A stretch of DNA of 64,000 nucleotides from an uncultured cyanobacterium. GTDB taxonomy: Bacteria > Cyanobacteriota > Cyanobacteriia > Cyanobacteriales > CAWCAG01. The number at the start of each line of letters is the position of its first letter. Position 1 is the first letter of the stretch. Shown piece after piece: positions 9,607-20,831 of this stretch. A model generated the notes under the pieces. The model was given only the letters and a program-made list of their open reading frames with translations. It searched no databases and was not told the origin of the DNA. The position numbers and the translations under genes were made by a program. The stretch covers positions 608,001-672,000 of the forward strand of contig CAWDOD010000011.1 of NCBI GenBank assembly GCA_963803805.1. Direction: 5' to 3'.

Positions 9607-10581
9607 TTATGACTTGTGATTATTATGATCGGGTTTAAGATAACCATTTTTCCATAAATAGAAAGGACTACTTAAACTACTTACAAATAATTCCATCTCA
9701 CAAGCAGCTACAAGATCGGTTTTAACTTGAAATTTGTACTTAAGTAAATGAAACATAATCTTACGTAAGTCGCTAATTAAATAAATAAAAGAAATTAATG
9801 GCTTTTGCCAAGGTTTGTAAGTAACTGTTCGAGTAACATAGCGACTTAAACCAATACCTCGAACTAAATCAATCAAATAGTCTTTTTCTAAGCGCCAAGC
9901 CGGAATTTTATGCTCGATTGCCATGGCTGGATTGTACCAAATTTCCCAACCTCCTTTTTGCAGGTAAGATTGCATTTCTAAATCTTCGCTGGTAAGCATA
10001 CTATCCTGGTTCCTTCCCCCTAAAATTTGTTGATGAGGGGCGCATTCTTGCCAAGCTTGTTTGCGTACTACTAAACCCGCAGAAGGGGGTAAAAGTCGGT
10101 TTTGAGGATTATATAGGAGTGGTTGGGAACCGCGATCAATGATAGCTAATAAACAAGCAATGCGGTGAAAGTTAGAAGGAGGTTTAACTTCATAGAGGGG
10201 AAGGATTTTCCCCCCGTAAGCCCCGGCTTGGGGGTGGCTTTGGGCAAAACTATAAGCTTGGGTTAGCCAATTTTCTGCGGGTAAATTATCATCATCAAGG
10301 AAAGCAACTAAAGGGGCAGAAGCTACTCGAAGGGCAAGGGTACGGGCAAAATGAGCGCCTTGTTGGGTTTCTATGTAATATTTTAAGGGATAGGATTGCT
10401 GCCAATCAGCTTGATATGCTTGGATAAGTTGGGCAGTATTATCACTGCTATTATTATCTATAACTAAAATTTCCCAGTTAAGTTTGTCTGGGTTAAGTTG
10501 TTTTTGCAGTTGTTCTAGTACTTCTGGTAGACGCTTTTCTCCGTTATAGGTAGGTATAGCTACGGTAAAATCGACTGGCAT
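9607..10581 (-). CDS. Glycosyltransferase family 2 (HpsE-like hormogonium polysaccharide GT)
   Basis: DFTVAIPTYNG, WEILVIDNNSSD, AFLDDD and SEDLE motifs. ATG 10581 preferred over the upstream TTG. Confidence 0.9.
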   Translation of the reverse strand: MPVDFTVAIPTYNGEKRLPEVLEQLQKQLNPDKLNWEILVIDNNSSDNTAQLIQAYQADWQQSYPLKYYIETQQGAHFARTLALRVASAPLVAFLDDDNLPAENWLTQAYSFAQSHPQAGAYGGKILPLYEVKPPSNFHRIACLLAIIDRGSQPLLYNPQNRLLPPSAGLVVRKQAWQECAPHQQILGGRNQDSMLTSEDLEMQSYLQKGGWEIWYNPAMAIEHKIPAWRLEKDYLIDLVRGIGLSRYVTRTVTYKPWQKPLISFIYLISDLRKIMFHLLKYKFQVKTDLVAACEMELFVSSLSSPFYLWKNGYLKPDHNNHKS

Positions 10582-10668
10582 AGTTAAGAAAGGGCAATTT
10601 TTTCTTTGCTTACAAACTTTTACCAAGTATGCCCTGTTTGGCAAATATATTTACCTTTAATAGTATTT

Positions 10669-10698
10669 GCGTAGGCGTAAGCTCTTCATGGACATCGC
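10669..10698. repeat. Small element inserted in a split HIP1 site (GCG-22 nt-ATCGC)
   Basis: GCG TAGGCGTAAGCTCTTCATGGAC ATCGC, resembling the cyanobacterial small dispersed repeats that target HIP1. Confidence 0.5.
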
Positions 10699-10847
10699 TT
10701 ACTCCGGACTATTCTGATCTGAACATTCATTATTAACCGTAATAGTCTCTCTTTGTTACCTTATCATCAGTCTTTTGCCTAATATCTTCCCTGTAGCCTG
10801 TTCCCTATTACCTCAATTTGCTATAATTGAAAGCTGTTATGTAATAA

Positions 10848-10918
10848 GGCGGCATAGCCAAGCGGTAAGGCCGAGGATTGCAAATCCTTTATCCCCAGTT
10901 CAAATCTGGGTGCCGCCT
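10848..10918 (+). tRNA. trnC: tRNA-Cys (GCA)
   Basis: GGCGGCA...TGCCGCC acceptor stem, anticodon arm GAGGA-TTGCAAA-TCCTT, T-loop GTTCAAATC. TATAAT lies upstream at 10822. No encoded CCA. Confidence 0.97.
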
Positions 10919-10993
10919 TTTTGTAAGTAATAAGTAACAAGTGTTATTCTTGTTTTGTTACTGTGGCCCATGTTTAGGGAAGATTAAGGACTT

Positions 10994-12013
10994 TTACATT
11001 AATATCTCACCTTTGCCAGGGACTACTTTGCCAATTTGATTGGCTTTTATCTGCTGGGAATTAAACCAATCAACTGTAGCACTTGCTTCTTCTTGAGGGA
11101 CAATCACTACAAAACCAATACCCATATTAAAAGTATTAAACATATCCACAGGACTTACTTGACCAGTTTTTGCTAGCCAATTAAAAATGGGCAGAACTTT
11201 CCAACTATCAACATCAAGTTGTACAGATTGACCCTCATTTAAACAGCGAGGTAAGTTTTCTGGTAAACCGCCTCCTGTTATGTGAGCCATGCCGTGAATA
11301 TTTATACCTTCCTTGCGGGCTGCAACTACAGGCTTTACATAGATTTGAGTTGGCTTCAGTAGTTCTTCTCCTAAACTTTCTCCTTCAAGTTCTTGGGGAC
11401 AAATATCCCAAGTTAAACCTTTTGTCGCAATAATTTTTCTCACTAAACTGAAGCCATTACTATGAACTCCTTGACTAGCTAAACCAATCGCAATATCTCC
11501 TACTTCAATTTGGGAACCTGTTAGAAGTCCTTGTTTTTCAACAATGCCAACACAAAAACCAGCTAAGTCATATTCCCCTAACTGATAAAAACCAGGCATC
11601 TCTGCGGTTTCTCCCCCCAACAAAGCACAACCGCTTTGACGACAGCCTTCAGCAATGCCTGCTACCACTTCAGTTAACTGTTCTGGTTCAAGTTTTCCTG
11701 TAGCAACATAGTCTAAAAAAAATAATGGCTCAGCCCCAGAGGTTAAAATATCGTTGACACACATAGCTACAAGGTCTATACCTACAGTGTCATGAAGATT
11801 AAGATCGTGAGCTAGCTTAAGTTTTGTACCTACCCCATCAGTCCCTGAAACTAGTACTGGTTGTTTATAGCCTGGGGGAATTTCAAAGCAACCACTAAAT
11901 CCCCCTAATCCTCCTAAAACTTCTGGTCTATGGGTACTTTCAACTAAGCTTTTGATTCGCCCCACAAAAGCCCGCCCGGCTTCAATATCTACACCCGCTT
12001 GAAGATAATCCAT
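10994..12013 (-). CDS. purM: Phosphoribosylformylglycinamidine cyclo-ligase (AIR synthase)
   Basis: [36 protein letters not shown] and FNMGIG motifs. Confidence 0.98.
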   Translation of the reverse strand: MDYLQAGVDIEAGRAFVGRIKSLVESTHRPEVLGGLGGFSGCFEIPPGYKQPVLVSGTDGVGTKLKLAHDLNLHDTVGIDLVAMCVNDILTSGAEPLFFLDYVATGKLEPEQLTEVVAGIAEGCRQSGCALLGGETAEMPGFYQLGEYDLAGFCVGIVEKQGLLTGSQIEVGDIAIGLASQGVHSNGFSLVRKIIATKGLTWDICPQELEGESLGEELLKPTQIYVKPVVAARKEGINIHGMAHITGGGLPENLPRCLNEGQSVQLDVDSWKVLPIFNWLAKTGQVSPVDMFNTFNMGIGFVVIVPQEEASATVDWFNSQQIKANQIGKVVPGKGEILM

Positions 12014-12345
12014 ATTCCTTACTGAGATTAGTTAGGGAACAATTATATGAGTTGTGGGTGAGAGATTATGATTCCTAATCTCAAATTGCCAACTTCCAAC
12101 AGTTAAATTTATCTTTGTGCAGCAGTGTGATTAGATTTAGTTAATTTCTTAGTGAAGAAAAGTAAAGTTTTAAAGTCTCCAATCTCTTATTCTAGCTTTA
12201 TTTCATCTTCATTAACATCATTCTTGGTAAGTATTAATTCGTAGATTTAGCTGATTCCGAAATAAAAAACTTCGTGTTAGTCTGTTCCAGGTTGAACAAG
12301 TGCAAATTAATAACGTAGTTTTCCAACCCATTTACTGAAGGGAAT

Positions 12346-12975
12346 ATGAACATAAAAACTTGGACTAGCTTATCTGCTGTATTACTAACAACTGTTTCTG
12401 GCGCGGCAGTACCTGTCTTAGCTGAAACAGTACAAGAAACAACCAGGGTAGTTAATCCAGAAGTATTAGCCCCTACAGAAACGAATGACCTTGTCTTAGC
12501 TGAAATAGTTGAAGAAACAGCCGAAGGAGTGAATCCAGAAGTTGTGGCTTCGGCAGAATTACCCCCAGCAGAAACTGATGAACTCCTAGAAATTGCCCTA
12601 GAAGTTGCTCCTGAACCTGTCTTACCCCCACTTCCTTCCCAGATGCCAGAAATTCCGGAAGTTGATGTAGAACGAGTGATTTCGCGGGCTACGGGCATGG
12701 CATCTTGGTATGGGCCAGGATTTCATGGCCGCCGTACAGCCAACGGTGAAAGATTTAATCAAAATGCTATGACAGCAGCACACAGAAGCTTACCTTTTAA
12801 TACCAGAGTAAGGGTTACTAACAACAATAACGGTCGTTCTCTTGTTTTACGCATCAATGATAGAGGGCCTTTTATTCGTGGCAGAATTATTGATGTTTCT
12901 GTCGGTGCAGCTAAACAGTTGGGTATGTATGGCTCTGGAGTTGCTCCAGTTAAGGTAGAAGTTTTAGAAGATTAA
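12346..12975 (+). CDS. rlpA: Septal ring lytic transglycosylase RlpA family protein
   Basis: Signal peptide, acidic linker and DPBB domain (GMASWYGPGFHGRRTANGE, AAHRSLPF, INDRGPF). Confidence 0.92.
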   Translation: MNIKTWTSLSAVLLTTVSGAAVPVLAETVQETTRVVNPEVLAPTETNDLVLAEIVEETAEGVNPEVVASAELPPAETDELLEIALEVAPEPVLPPLPSQMPEIPEVDVERVISRATGMASWYGPGFHGRRTANGERFNQNAMTAAHRSLPFNTRVRVTNNNNGRSLVLRINDRGPFIRGRIIDVSVGAAKQLGMYGSGVAPVKVEVLED

Positions 12976-13053
12976 TTGCCAATTCCTTTCCTCTCCTTGG
13001 TGTATTTATCCCTACTATTTTATTAGGATCAAAAAAACTTTAAGGGGGGTTCG

Positions 13054-14592
13054 GTGCGGATCTTACAGACAATTGCTGGTTTAAGCTGCTATAGAACAAC
13101 TCAGACATCAGGAAAGAGAGTTGCTTTGGTTGCCACAATGGGAGCATTGCATCCTGGCCATGAAAGCTTGATTAAGTTGGCTAGAGAGGATGCAGAGGTA
13201 GTGATTGTGAGCATCTTTGTTAACCCTTTGCAATTTTCGCCTACAGAAGATTTGCAGCATTATCCGCAAACTTTTGAGGCAGACTGTCAATTATGTGAAA
13301 AATTAGGAGTTGATGTAGTTTTTGCTCCCACTCCAAAAGTAATGGGGTTGGAGCAGTCAGAAGATATCAAGTCTCATAGCCAGACTACAACAGTAGTTCC
13401 CCCAGTAGAGATGATTTCGGTGTTGTGCGGCTTATCTAGACCGAAACATTTTCAAGGGGTAGCAACTATAGTTACTAAGTTACTTAATATTGTTGAACCA
13501 ACGGTGGCTTTTTTGGGTCAAAAGGATGCTCAACAACTGGCAATTATTCAACGCTTAGTTAAAGATTTAAACTTACCTGTAGAAATTAAAAGCGGTCCTA
13601 TTATACGAGAAGAATCAGGATTAGCTTATAGTTCTCGCAACCAATATTTAACTCCTGCCCAGAAAGAGAAGGCTGCTATTTTATATTCTAGCTTAGAGAA
13701 AGCGCAACAAGCTTTCCGACAAGGAGAAAATAGTCGAGATAAGCTAGTTTCTGTAGTGACAGAAGAAATCAATTCTTCACCGGAAGTAGTCCTAGAGTAT
13801 ATAGAATTAGTTGCTCCCTTGACTTTGGAGCCTTTAGAAAAGGTAGTAGAAGTAGGTCTACTCGCTATTGCTGCTAAGGTAGGAGATACTCGTTTAATTG
13901 ATAATATTCAACTGCGTCAGCATCAACCAGTGATTGCTATTGATGGTCCTGCGGGGGCAGGAAAATCAACAGTTGCTCGTTTAGTAGCTAATAAATTAGG
14001 TTTTCTATTTCTTGATACCGGAGCGATGTATAGAGCGGTAACTTGGTCTGTTTTACAAAGGGGAATCAATGTTAATGATGAAATTGCGATCGCCGAATTA
14101 GTTAGTCAATCTACTATTAAGCTTACTCCCCCCGAAAGAGCCACTGAACCTATAAAAGTAGAAATTGATGGGCAGAATGTGACTCCTTTAATTCGCCAGC
14201 CTGATGTGACAGCCAACGTCTCAAATATTGCTGCCCAATCTTCTGTACGTAAGGAATTGCTTAAACAACAACAAGACTGGGGAAAAAAGGGAGGGATCGT
14301 TGCTGAAGGAAGAGATATTGGCACTCATGTTTTTCCCAATGCAGAGCTAAAAGTTTTTCTCACCGCTTCAGTACGTCAAAGGGCATATCGCCGCCTACAA
14401 GATTTACAGCAACAAGGACAAACTAATCTTAATTTAGAAGAATTAGAACAGACTATTCAACAAAGAGACTATCAAGATGCTAATCGTCGAGTTGCTCCTT
14501 TGCGAAAAGCTCGTGGTGCAGTTGAAATCAATACCGATAATTTGAGTATCAAAGAAGTAACTGAAAAAATTATCTCTCTGGCTAAATATTAA
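13054..14592 (+). CDS. panC/cmk: Bifunctional pantoate-beta-alanine ligase / cytidylate kinase
   Basis: TMGALHPGH, SIFVNPLQF, GQKDAQQ and SSRN (PanC) fused to IAIDGPAGAGKST and EGRDIGT (Cmk). Confidence 0.97.
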   Translation: MRILQTIAGLSCYRTTQTSGKRVALVATMGALHPGHESLIKLAREDAEVVIVSIFVNPLQFSPTEDLQHYPQTFEADCQLCEKLGVDVVFAPTPKVMGLEQSEDIKSHSQTTTVVPPVEMISVLCGLSRPKHFQGVATIVTKLLNIVEPTVAFLGQKDAQQLAIIQRLVKDLNLPVEIKSGPIIREESGLAYSSRNQYLTPAQKEKAAILYSSLEKAQQAFRQGENSRDKLVSVVTEEINSSPEVVLEYIELVAPLTLEPLEKVVEVGLLAIAAKVGDTRLIDNIQLRQHQPVIAIDGPAGAGKSTVARLVANKLGFLFLDTGAMYRAVTWSVLQRGINVNDEIAIAELVSQSTIKLTPPERATEPIKVEIDGQNVTPLIRQPDVTANVSNIAAQSSVRKELLKQQQDWGKKGGIVAEGRDIGTHVFPNAELKVFLTASVRQRAYRRLQDLQQQGQTNLNLEELEQTIQQRDYQDANRRVAPLRKARGAVEINTDNLSIKEVTEKIISLAKY

Positions 14593-14900
14593 GGAAATAA
14601 AAATATTACCTTTATCCTTTGACAGAGGAGGAAGTTAGGTTAAAATTGAACTCGAATACAGCATTTTTGACGATTTTCGAGGTAAATTTATAAATTTGCT
14701 AGAAAAAATCCGTTTTTTCCGGATTTTCTTTGATCTGGGTGCTAATGTGCAATAACATCTTCGGTTTAGAAGGGTACATCTTAAGCTTATTGAAGTAGGT
14801 TATTAATTGTTGATGGTTAGTGATCGCCATATGCGAGAAGCAAACATCTACCGAGTAATTTACTACCCTAGATACTGATGAGGAGTGAAAGAAAATTTCA

Positions 14901-15854
14901 GTGGTAAGAGTGAATGCAAGGGTTATCAGACGCAGAAGAAAATTTCTTACTATTTTGGCAGCAAGTAGTTTTGCTTTAGGTATTTTTATCCCTATCCAGC
15001 GAGCTATCTATCAAGGTGAAAGCACCAGTAACATTGTTTCTTCTTTGACTAATATTTTGAGCTTTGGTGAAGCTAAACCTAAAAATGTAGCTGCATCATC
15101 AAATCAGCTTTTCGGAGACATGGCTGAAGGGCTTTACAATAAACAAGAAGCAGAATATATAAAAAATGTCACCTTTAAAATTCCTGAGCAATTTAAAGGT
15201 AAAACCATTAGTAATGTTCCTGTTCCCCAAGATAAAAAAGTTGTTGCTTTGACCTTCGATGATGGACCTTGGGAAGGAACAACTAACGATACCCTTTATA
15301 TACTAGATAAATATGGTGTTAAGGCGACTTTCTTTGTAGTAGGGCAGCACGTCCAAACCTATCCAGAAATAATCAAGAAAGTTGTCCGCAATGGCCATGC
15401 TCTTGGTAATCATACTTGGAGTCATCGCTATCATGGTTTCAGCGAAGCAGCAGCAGCAAAGGAATTAGATAATACCGCCGCTGCAATTGAAAAGTTAACT
15501 GGAGCAAAAACTTTTCTATTTCGTCCCCCAGGAGGAATTTTAAATAATGGGCTAGTATCCTATGCTCACAAAAAGGGTTATGTAAATGTTATGTGGTCAG
15601 CAGATTCTCAGGATTATCGCTCTTCTAGTGCGGCGATGACCAAAAGTGTTATCAGTCAAACTAAACCTGGTGGGGTGATTTTGCTTCATGATGGTGGAGG
15701 CGATCGCAAAAATACAGTCAATGCTTTACCAAAGATTATTGAGTCATTAATAGAGCAGGGTTACAGTTTTGTGACTCTCCCAGAGTTATTGGAGATATCA
15801 GATCAAGCCAGTCAAGAGGCCAAACAAACTAACCCACAAGCTCCACCGCAATAA
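14901..15854 (+). CDS. Polysaccharide deacetylase (NodB/CE4) with N-terminal membrane anchor
   Basis: ALTFDDGP, GNHTWSH, FRPPGG and ILLHDGGG motifs. Confidence 0.93.
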   Translation: MVRVNARVIRRRRKFLTILAASSFALGIFIPIQRAIYQGESTSNIVSSLTNILSFGEAKPKNVAASSNQLFGDMAEGLYNKQEAEYIKNVTFKIPEQFKGKTISNVPVPQDKKVVALTFDDGPWEGTTNDTLYILDKYGVKATFFVVGQHVQTYPEIIKKVVRNGHALGNHTWSHRYHGFSEAAAAKELDNTAAAIEKLTGAKTFLFRPPGGILNNGLVSYAHKKGYVNVMWSADSQDYRSSSAAMTKSVISQTKPGGVILLHDGGGDRKNTVNALPKIIESLIEQGYSFVTLPELLEISDQASQEAKQTNPQAPPQ

Positions 15855-15881
15855 GAGCTAATACCTCAAATAAGTGATTGG

Positions 15882-15918
15882 TGTAGAGATGTACTAGATG
15901 ATATCTCTACATTTTTTT
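15882..15918 (+). terminator. GTAG-type palindromic hairpin with T tract (probable terminator, REP-like)
   Basis: TGTAGAGAT(15882-15890)...ATCTCTACA(15903-15911) followed by T7, 27 nt after the deacetylase stop. Confidence 0.6.
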
Positions 15919-16094
15919 GTGAAATTAGTTGACTCCATACCCCTAGATACACGAAATTCTTTGCGGCGATCATAACTAAACTAAAGGGTTTCAGGATGTA
16001 AGATTCTATATATTCAATCTAGTTTGATATACAGATAAAACGTCTGTATCCCCTGTAGAGAAACAAGACAATCGCTACAAAATATTGTGTTTTA

Positions 16095-17015
16095 TTATCT
16101 ATTACTTAAAGTAACTGTTGTAACCCAATCTTGATATTGTGAATCTTGATTCTCTGTAACTGCTGTTAACCTATCTCGTAACTTTTCTGCCATAGGCTTA
16201 GCTTCAGGTAAGTGATAGGTTTCAATACGGTTAACGGGGGTTATTTTCGCTGCTGTACCACAGAGAAATACTTCATCGGCGATGAGTAATTCTGATTTAT
16301 CAACAGCCCTTTCTATAACTGTAATATCTAAATCTTTAGCAATAGTGATAATGCTATCTCGCGTGATTCCTTCAAGGATATCTTGATCTAAACTAGGAGT
16401 AATAAGTTGCCCGTTTCTAACTAAGAAAATGTTCATCCCGGAAGCTTCACAAACTTTCCCTTGGGAGTTCATTAAAATCGCTTCATCAAAACCAGACTCT
16501 ACGGCTTCTGTCTTCGCTAGAGAAGAAGTTATATAAGCAGCGCTGATTTTTCCCCGCAGAGGAAAACTACGATCTTCTTGGCGATACCAGGAACTGATGC
16601 GACAATTTACCCCCCCTGGAGATAGGTAATCTCCTAACTCTAAACCGTAAACAAAGAAGTCTTTTTCAACTTGATGAAGTCGAGGAGAAATTCCCAAGCC
16701 GGATGTGTAAACAAAAGGTCTAATATAAAAGTTATTTGCTGGTTGGTTTTTTTTGATGAAATCAATAATAATTGACTCAATTTTATCAGCAGGCAAATCG
16801 TAGTTTAAGAACTTGGCACTATTGCTTAGTCTTTGGCAGTGACGATCTAATCTAAATAAGAAAACTTCCTGGGAATTACTCAGATTAATGATGCCTCGCA
16901 TTCCCCCAAAAGCACCTGTACCATAATGTAGGGCGTGGGTGGCGATAGATAGTTGCGCTTCTGGGAAAGGTACAAATTTGTTTTGAAAGTAAGCAATAGG
17001 CAAGAAATTGTGCAT
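16095..17015 (-). CDS. ilvE: Branched-chain amino acid aminotransferase (class IV)
   Basis: HALHYGTGAFGGMRG, FRLDRH, PLRGKISAAY, EASGMN, ILEGITR and GTAA motifs. ATG at 17015. Confidence 0.95.
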   Translation of the reverse strand: MHNFLPIAYFQNKFVPFPEAQLSIATHALHYGTGAFGGMRGIINLSNSQEVFLFRLDRHCQRLSNSAKFLNYDLPADKIESIIIDFIKKNQPANNFYIRPFVYTSGLGISPRLHQVEKDFFVYGLELGDYLSPGGVNCRISSWYRQEDRSFPLRGKISAAYITSSLAKTEAVESGFDEAILMNSQGKVCEASGMNIFLVRNGQLITPSLDQDILEGITRDSIITIAKDLDITVIERAVDKSELLIADEVFLCGTAAKITPVNRIETYHLPEAKPMAEKLRDRLTAVTENQDSQYQDWVTTVTLSNR

Positions 17016-19322
17016 AGTAGTTTTCAATAAATTTAGGAGCGTTCAACAAATATAAGCTAGGCTCCGGTAGTTAGTCAAAATTCTATCGCCAGATTATTTA
17101 TCAAACTGAATGCTTTAACTAGGAGATGAGGAGAGATAATTTAGTCAAATTAGCTTAATGCCGCTTTTCTTTAGCTGTGTCGGAGATATACTGGTTGGGG
17201 CAAAGGTTGAATATTGATAGTTTCAGCTCTTAAATTTGCGTTAGGTTTTAATTTTCAGTTACATCACTCTCCATCTGAGCAAAGTGTTCCATTAATATTC
17301 GATGGCTAAAAATGTAGCCGCCTCCTACTTTTTGTAGAAAGAGGCAATCTGCTGTGTAATCAAGGAAGCGGGCGTAATTCCAGGGAATGTAGTTGTTGCA
17401 GTAGAGGATGAGGCGTAAGCTAAAATGTCGGATACAAGTTATGCCCCCATAAAGTAATCCCCCAACTGAACCAAAGCTAATAAACATCGCTAACATAAAA
17501 GCGCTAAGTACAGGTAAAACCATTAAAAACCATTCTAATGTTGTTGGTGGGGTATTCCAATCTATTAGTTTCGATAGGTGTAAAGGTTTCCCATAAGGGG
17601 CCAAATATTAACCCCATAGTTAAACTACCGACGAGTCCTAAAAACAGAGTGCCTACTATAGCGTTGGTAGCTGATTGTCTAATACCTTGATTAGGTGTGG
17701 TAATCATCTTTGTCTGGGAATCAGCTAACCTACCAATGAAACCAAATCCTAACAGAAATAGCAGTGTACCACCTGAACCACTGATTAAACCTAAACCTAC
17801 TCCCTTAATTGGGCCAACAAGAGTTATCCGCCCTAAGAAAACAATTAATCCTACGACTGTTCCACCTATTAAAGCTAAAGTTAATTCTCTTTTTACTTGT
17901 CTAAATTTGATTTTGAAAGTTGCCAACGGCTGTATTTCTGTGTAGGAAAATTTCTCGGTTAATGTTAACAAAGCGCTGAGAGAGATTAAGAGCAACATTA
18001 CTGGAATATAACCAGTTGTATAAAAGATGAATTGCGTTAGGAGTCCTCCTTTTAAGTCAGAAATTAAATTACCTCTGTTGTTAAAGCAGACAACAGCAAG
18101 AATTGCTATAAAGTTCATCGTCAATAAGACTAAAGGTTCAATATCTGGAACTAGTAAACCACTCAGTTTAGTAGTGGCAAATAAAATTAAACCAATAATT
18201 ATTTTAACTCCTGTTTGATAAAGCATTTTTTGCCATCTAAATCTCAACCACCAAGGTTGTATGAACTCAATGAAAAATACTTGTTTGGAATTTTGCAACA
18301 TCATCTTCTTTGCTAGTAAGATGAGCCACTTTTTGATTTGCTTTTTCCCATATTGAGGAGGATGTAGATTAAGTCTCCTCTCAATATAGTTATCAAATAG
18401 TTGACGATAAAAATCTTCTAAAGTGGAAAATTTTGGTAATTCTTCAACAGTAAATCCTTGATAAGTTAGAGCCATAATATTAAGTATTAAAGAAGATTGA
18501 GCTAACTTTTGTAGTGCTAAATCTTCTTCAATTAATGTTTTCAATCCTAGCAAACTAGTACTGAAAGAATCCAAGTAACCATAGATTTGCTCTAAGTTGA
18601 GTGGTTTTAAGTAAACTGCACTTTGAAACTCCAGCCGGGTAGGAAATTTTTCCCATTCTTTAATGCAACTGCAAATCACTAATTTGCTTTCATGATCTTG
18701 CTTAAATTGGTTTAGGGCAGCAACGCAATCATCTCGATAATCTACTTCAACTTCATCTAAACTATCAAGTAAGGGTAGTATTTGCTGTTTCTTGAGCCAA
18801 GTTTTGCTAGTTGCTTGAGGAACGTTATACTTAGTAAGTAATTCGCCGACCAACCAGTCTTCTATTTTTTGTCGTTTCTTTTCCCAAGAAGAGAGGCTTA
18901 AAACTACAGGAATCGGCCAATTAGTATCTTGCTCAGCACAGGCAACTAAATCACAAGTTAGTTCTAGTAAGATTGTGGTTTTTCCTGCCCCCGATTCTCC
19001 TGAAATCAAGAGAGTCTTTCCTGTGGTAATTTCGGTAAAAACCTCAGTAAATCTATTACTTTTAGAGAGAAATCGAGGTAAGGAACTTTCAGTTTCTAGA
19101 AAGACATTCCAAAGATAACTAACGGCATTAGATTGTTCTTCTAATCCCAACTCCATTAGCATTCTGTTATAACAGGATTTTTCTAAAACCCCTTTAATCC
19201 AAAAGCTCTTAACTTTGGCGAGTAATGCCTGTCGGTTGCGGTATTCTTGTAGCGTCAAAGGTGAATTTGGCCCCTTGCTATGAAAGTGAGTCTCGCCAAC
19301 ATAATTTAAGACTATCTCTATT

Positions 19323-20464
19323 AGACATCTCCGAAAAAGAATCAAACTATGATAAAAGAAGATAAAATAGAATTTTTAACCAGAAATAATGAGTAAAATA
19401 CTCGAATATATCCAGCAACATCCCAGAGAATCTCAGCGTTTAGTAGGTTTAAAATATGAACAGTTAGAAAAACTGCTCTCCAAGGCTATTGAACTAGAGG
19501 CTCAAAAACGAAAACTAGCGGAAGCTCAAAAAGTCAGAATTATTGGCTCTGGAGGTGGTAGAAAAGCGAAACTATCTCCACCAGAACAAGTAATCCTAAC
19601 CTTAACATATTTACGACACTTAACGACATTTCAGCTACTAGGGATTCAGTTTGGTATTAGTGAAACAACTGCCAATAATATTTTTAACTATTGGTGTCCC
19701 CTAATAGGAGAATTATTACCAGCAAGTATCTATGAGCAGGTAAAAAAAACGAGTGTGACTATGAAATAGTCCAAGAGATGTTAGCAGAGTTCGAGTTAAT
19801 TGTAGATAGCTATGAGCAGCCCATCGAAAGACCTGGAGAGTATGAAGAGCAGAAAAAGTATTACTCAGGTAAAAAAGCTAATCACACAAGAAAAACTCAA
19901 GTAATTGTTTTACCAAAAGGTCAATCTGGTCGTCGATGTTGAAGCGGGTTTACCGGGTCCAAAAAGTGATATCAAAATATTTAGGGAAACGAAAACAAAA
20001 TTTAGTGAGCAGCAAAGATTTAGGGGAGATAAAGCTTATCAAGGAGACAAATCAACGACAACGCCTCTGAAAAAGCCGAGAAAAAAACAACTAAATGCTC
20101 AAGAAAAACAAATAAATAAAGAGCTAGCTAAGGAGCGAATATTCGTAGAACATTTAATTAGATTAATTAAGATATTTAGAGTAGCTAGTGAAAGATTCAG
20201 ATTAAATTCCCATAAATATGAGCAGGTAGTTACGACAATTTGTGGGTTAGTGAGATTAAGAATTGGTACTTCTGTGTTTTAGTGAAGATATATCTGCCCT
20301 TGCCCTTGGCAAATAACTATCTAATTAGAGCTATCTTTTTGTTAGTTATGGGTAGTAGCTTTCTCAAATACTTATTAAACCGTAGAATAGAGCTATCTTT
20401 GGGTCAAGGCAACTGCCATCTCAAAGACTGTACTGTATAACTTTGGCTATTTCCGGAGAGGTCT
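19323..20464 (+). mobile_element. IS5-family insertion sequence (~1.14 kb)
   Basis: Terminal IRs TAGACATCTCCGAAAA (19322-19337) and the reverse complement of 20450-20465, TAGACCTCTCCGGAAA (14/16 match). 3-bp direct repeat ATT at 19320-19322 and 20465-20467. Contains a transposase. Confidence 0.88.
19389..20282 (+). CDS. IS5-family transposase (HTH_Tnp_4 + DDE_Tnp_4), split into ORFs
   Basis: OrfA has GGGRKAKL...LTLTYLRH...FGISETTAN. A -1 slippery A8C at 19742-19750 leads into LIVDSYEQPIERP...YYSGKK. A second frameshift at ~19920-19930 precedes GPKSDI...GDKAYQG...ERIFVEH. Confidence 0.85.
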
Positions 20465-20831
20465 ATTGGTAGTTTGCCAGCTTCGACTGTTATCTTTGTT
20501 AGTCTGACTCATAACGAAATCATCAATCCAATATATATTCTAGTCTTTTAGGACGCAAACAAACCCCGTCACTTTTACAGGCTTTTTCATTTTCATAGGC
20601 TTTTTGGTTTTTAATGTTTTTAATTTTCAGCTACAAAAAGTAACAAAACTTTAATCAATTCCCAGGTTCTTGCATAGTAATTGCACAAAGACCTTGGTTG
20701 AATAGGTATAGTCCGGAAGATACTGAACTTTTGACAGGAATTAATTGTTTCTGATTGTTGAGTTTATTAATAAATCAACTTTATAAAGTTAAGATTTCAG
20801 TATTTCTCAGAAAAATTTAGGAGAATATTTA

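Larger units (their letters stand above)
17248..20512 (-). pseudogene. NACHT-domain membrane protein gene interrupted by an IS and frameshifted
   Basis: Walker A GESGAGKTT, degenerate Walker B LLDSLDEV, multiple TM helices and the typical C-terminal IPWNYARFLDY...LQKVGGGYIF.HR motif (ORF 17248..17604, shifted frame). The first ~16 codons (MSQTNKDNSRSWQTT, ATG 20512) lie on the far side of the IS. Confidence 0.8.

Noticed and set aside
10848-10918. tRNA-anchored prophage or integrative element
   Set aside because: I saw no integrase and no duplicated tRNA 3' end, and the tRNA is flanked by ordinary genes.
12412-12590. Internal duplication in the RlpA linker (LAE.V.ET...VNPEV.A twice)
   Set aside because: It is real but is an ordinary low-complexity linker expansion.
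14866-15950. CCCTAGATAC on both sides of the polysaccharide deacetylase gene as a target-site duplication
   Set aside because: It is only 10 bp, with no terminal inverted repeats or mobility gene, and is compatible with chance.
19742-19750. Sequencing error in the transposase A8 run
   Set aside because: It matches a slippery A-run between orfA and orfB typical of this IS group, so it is treated as a programmed -1 frameshift.
20240-20440. Passenger gene in the IS
   Set aside because: The 66-aa ORF overlaps the transposase end, has no motif, and lies in the IS 3' non-coding region.
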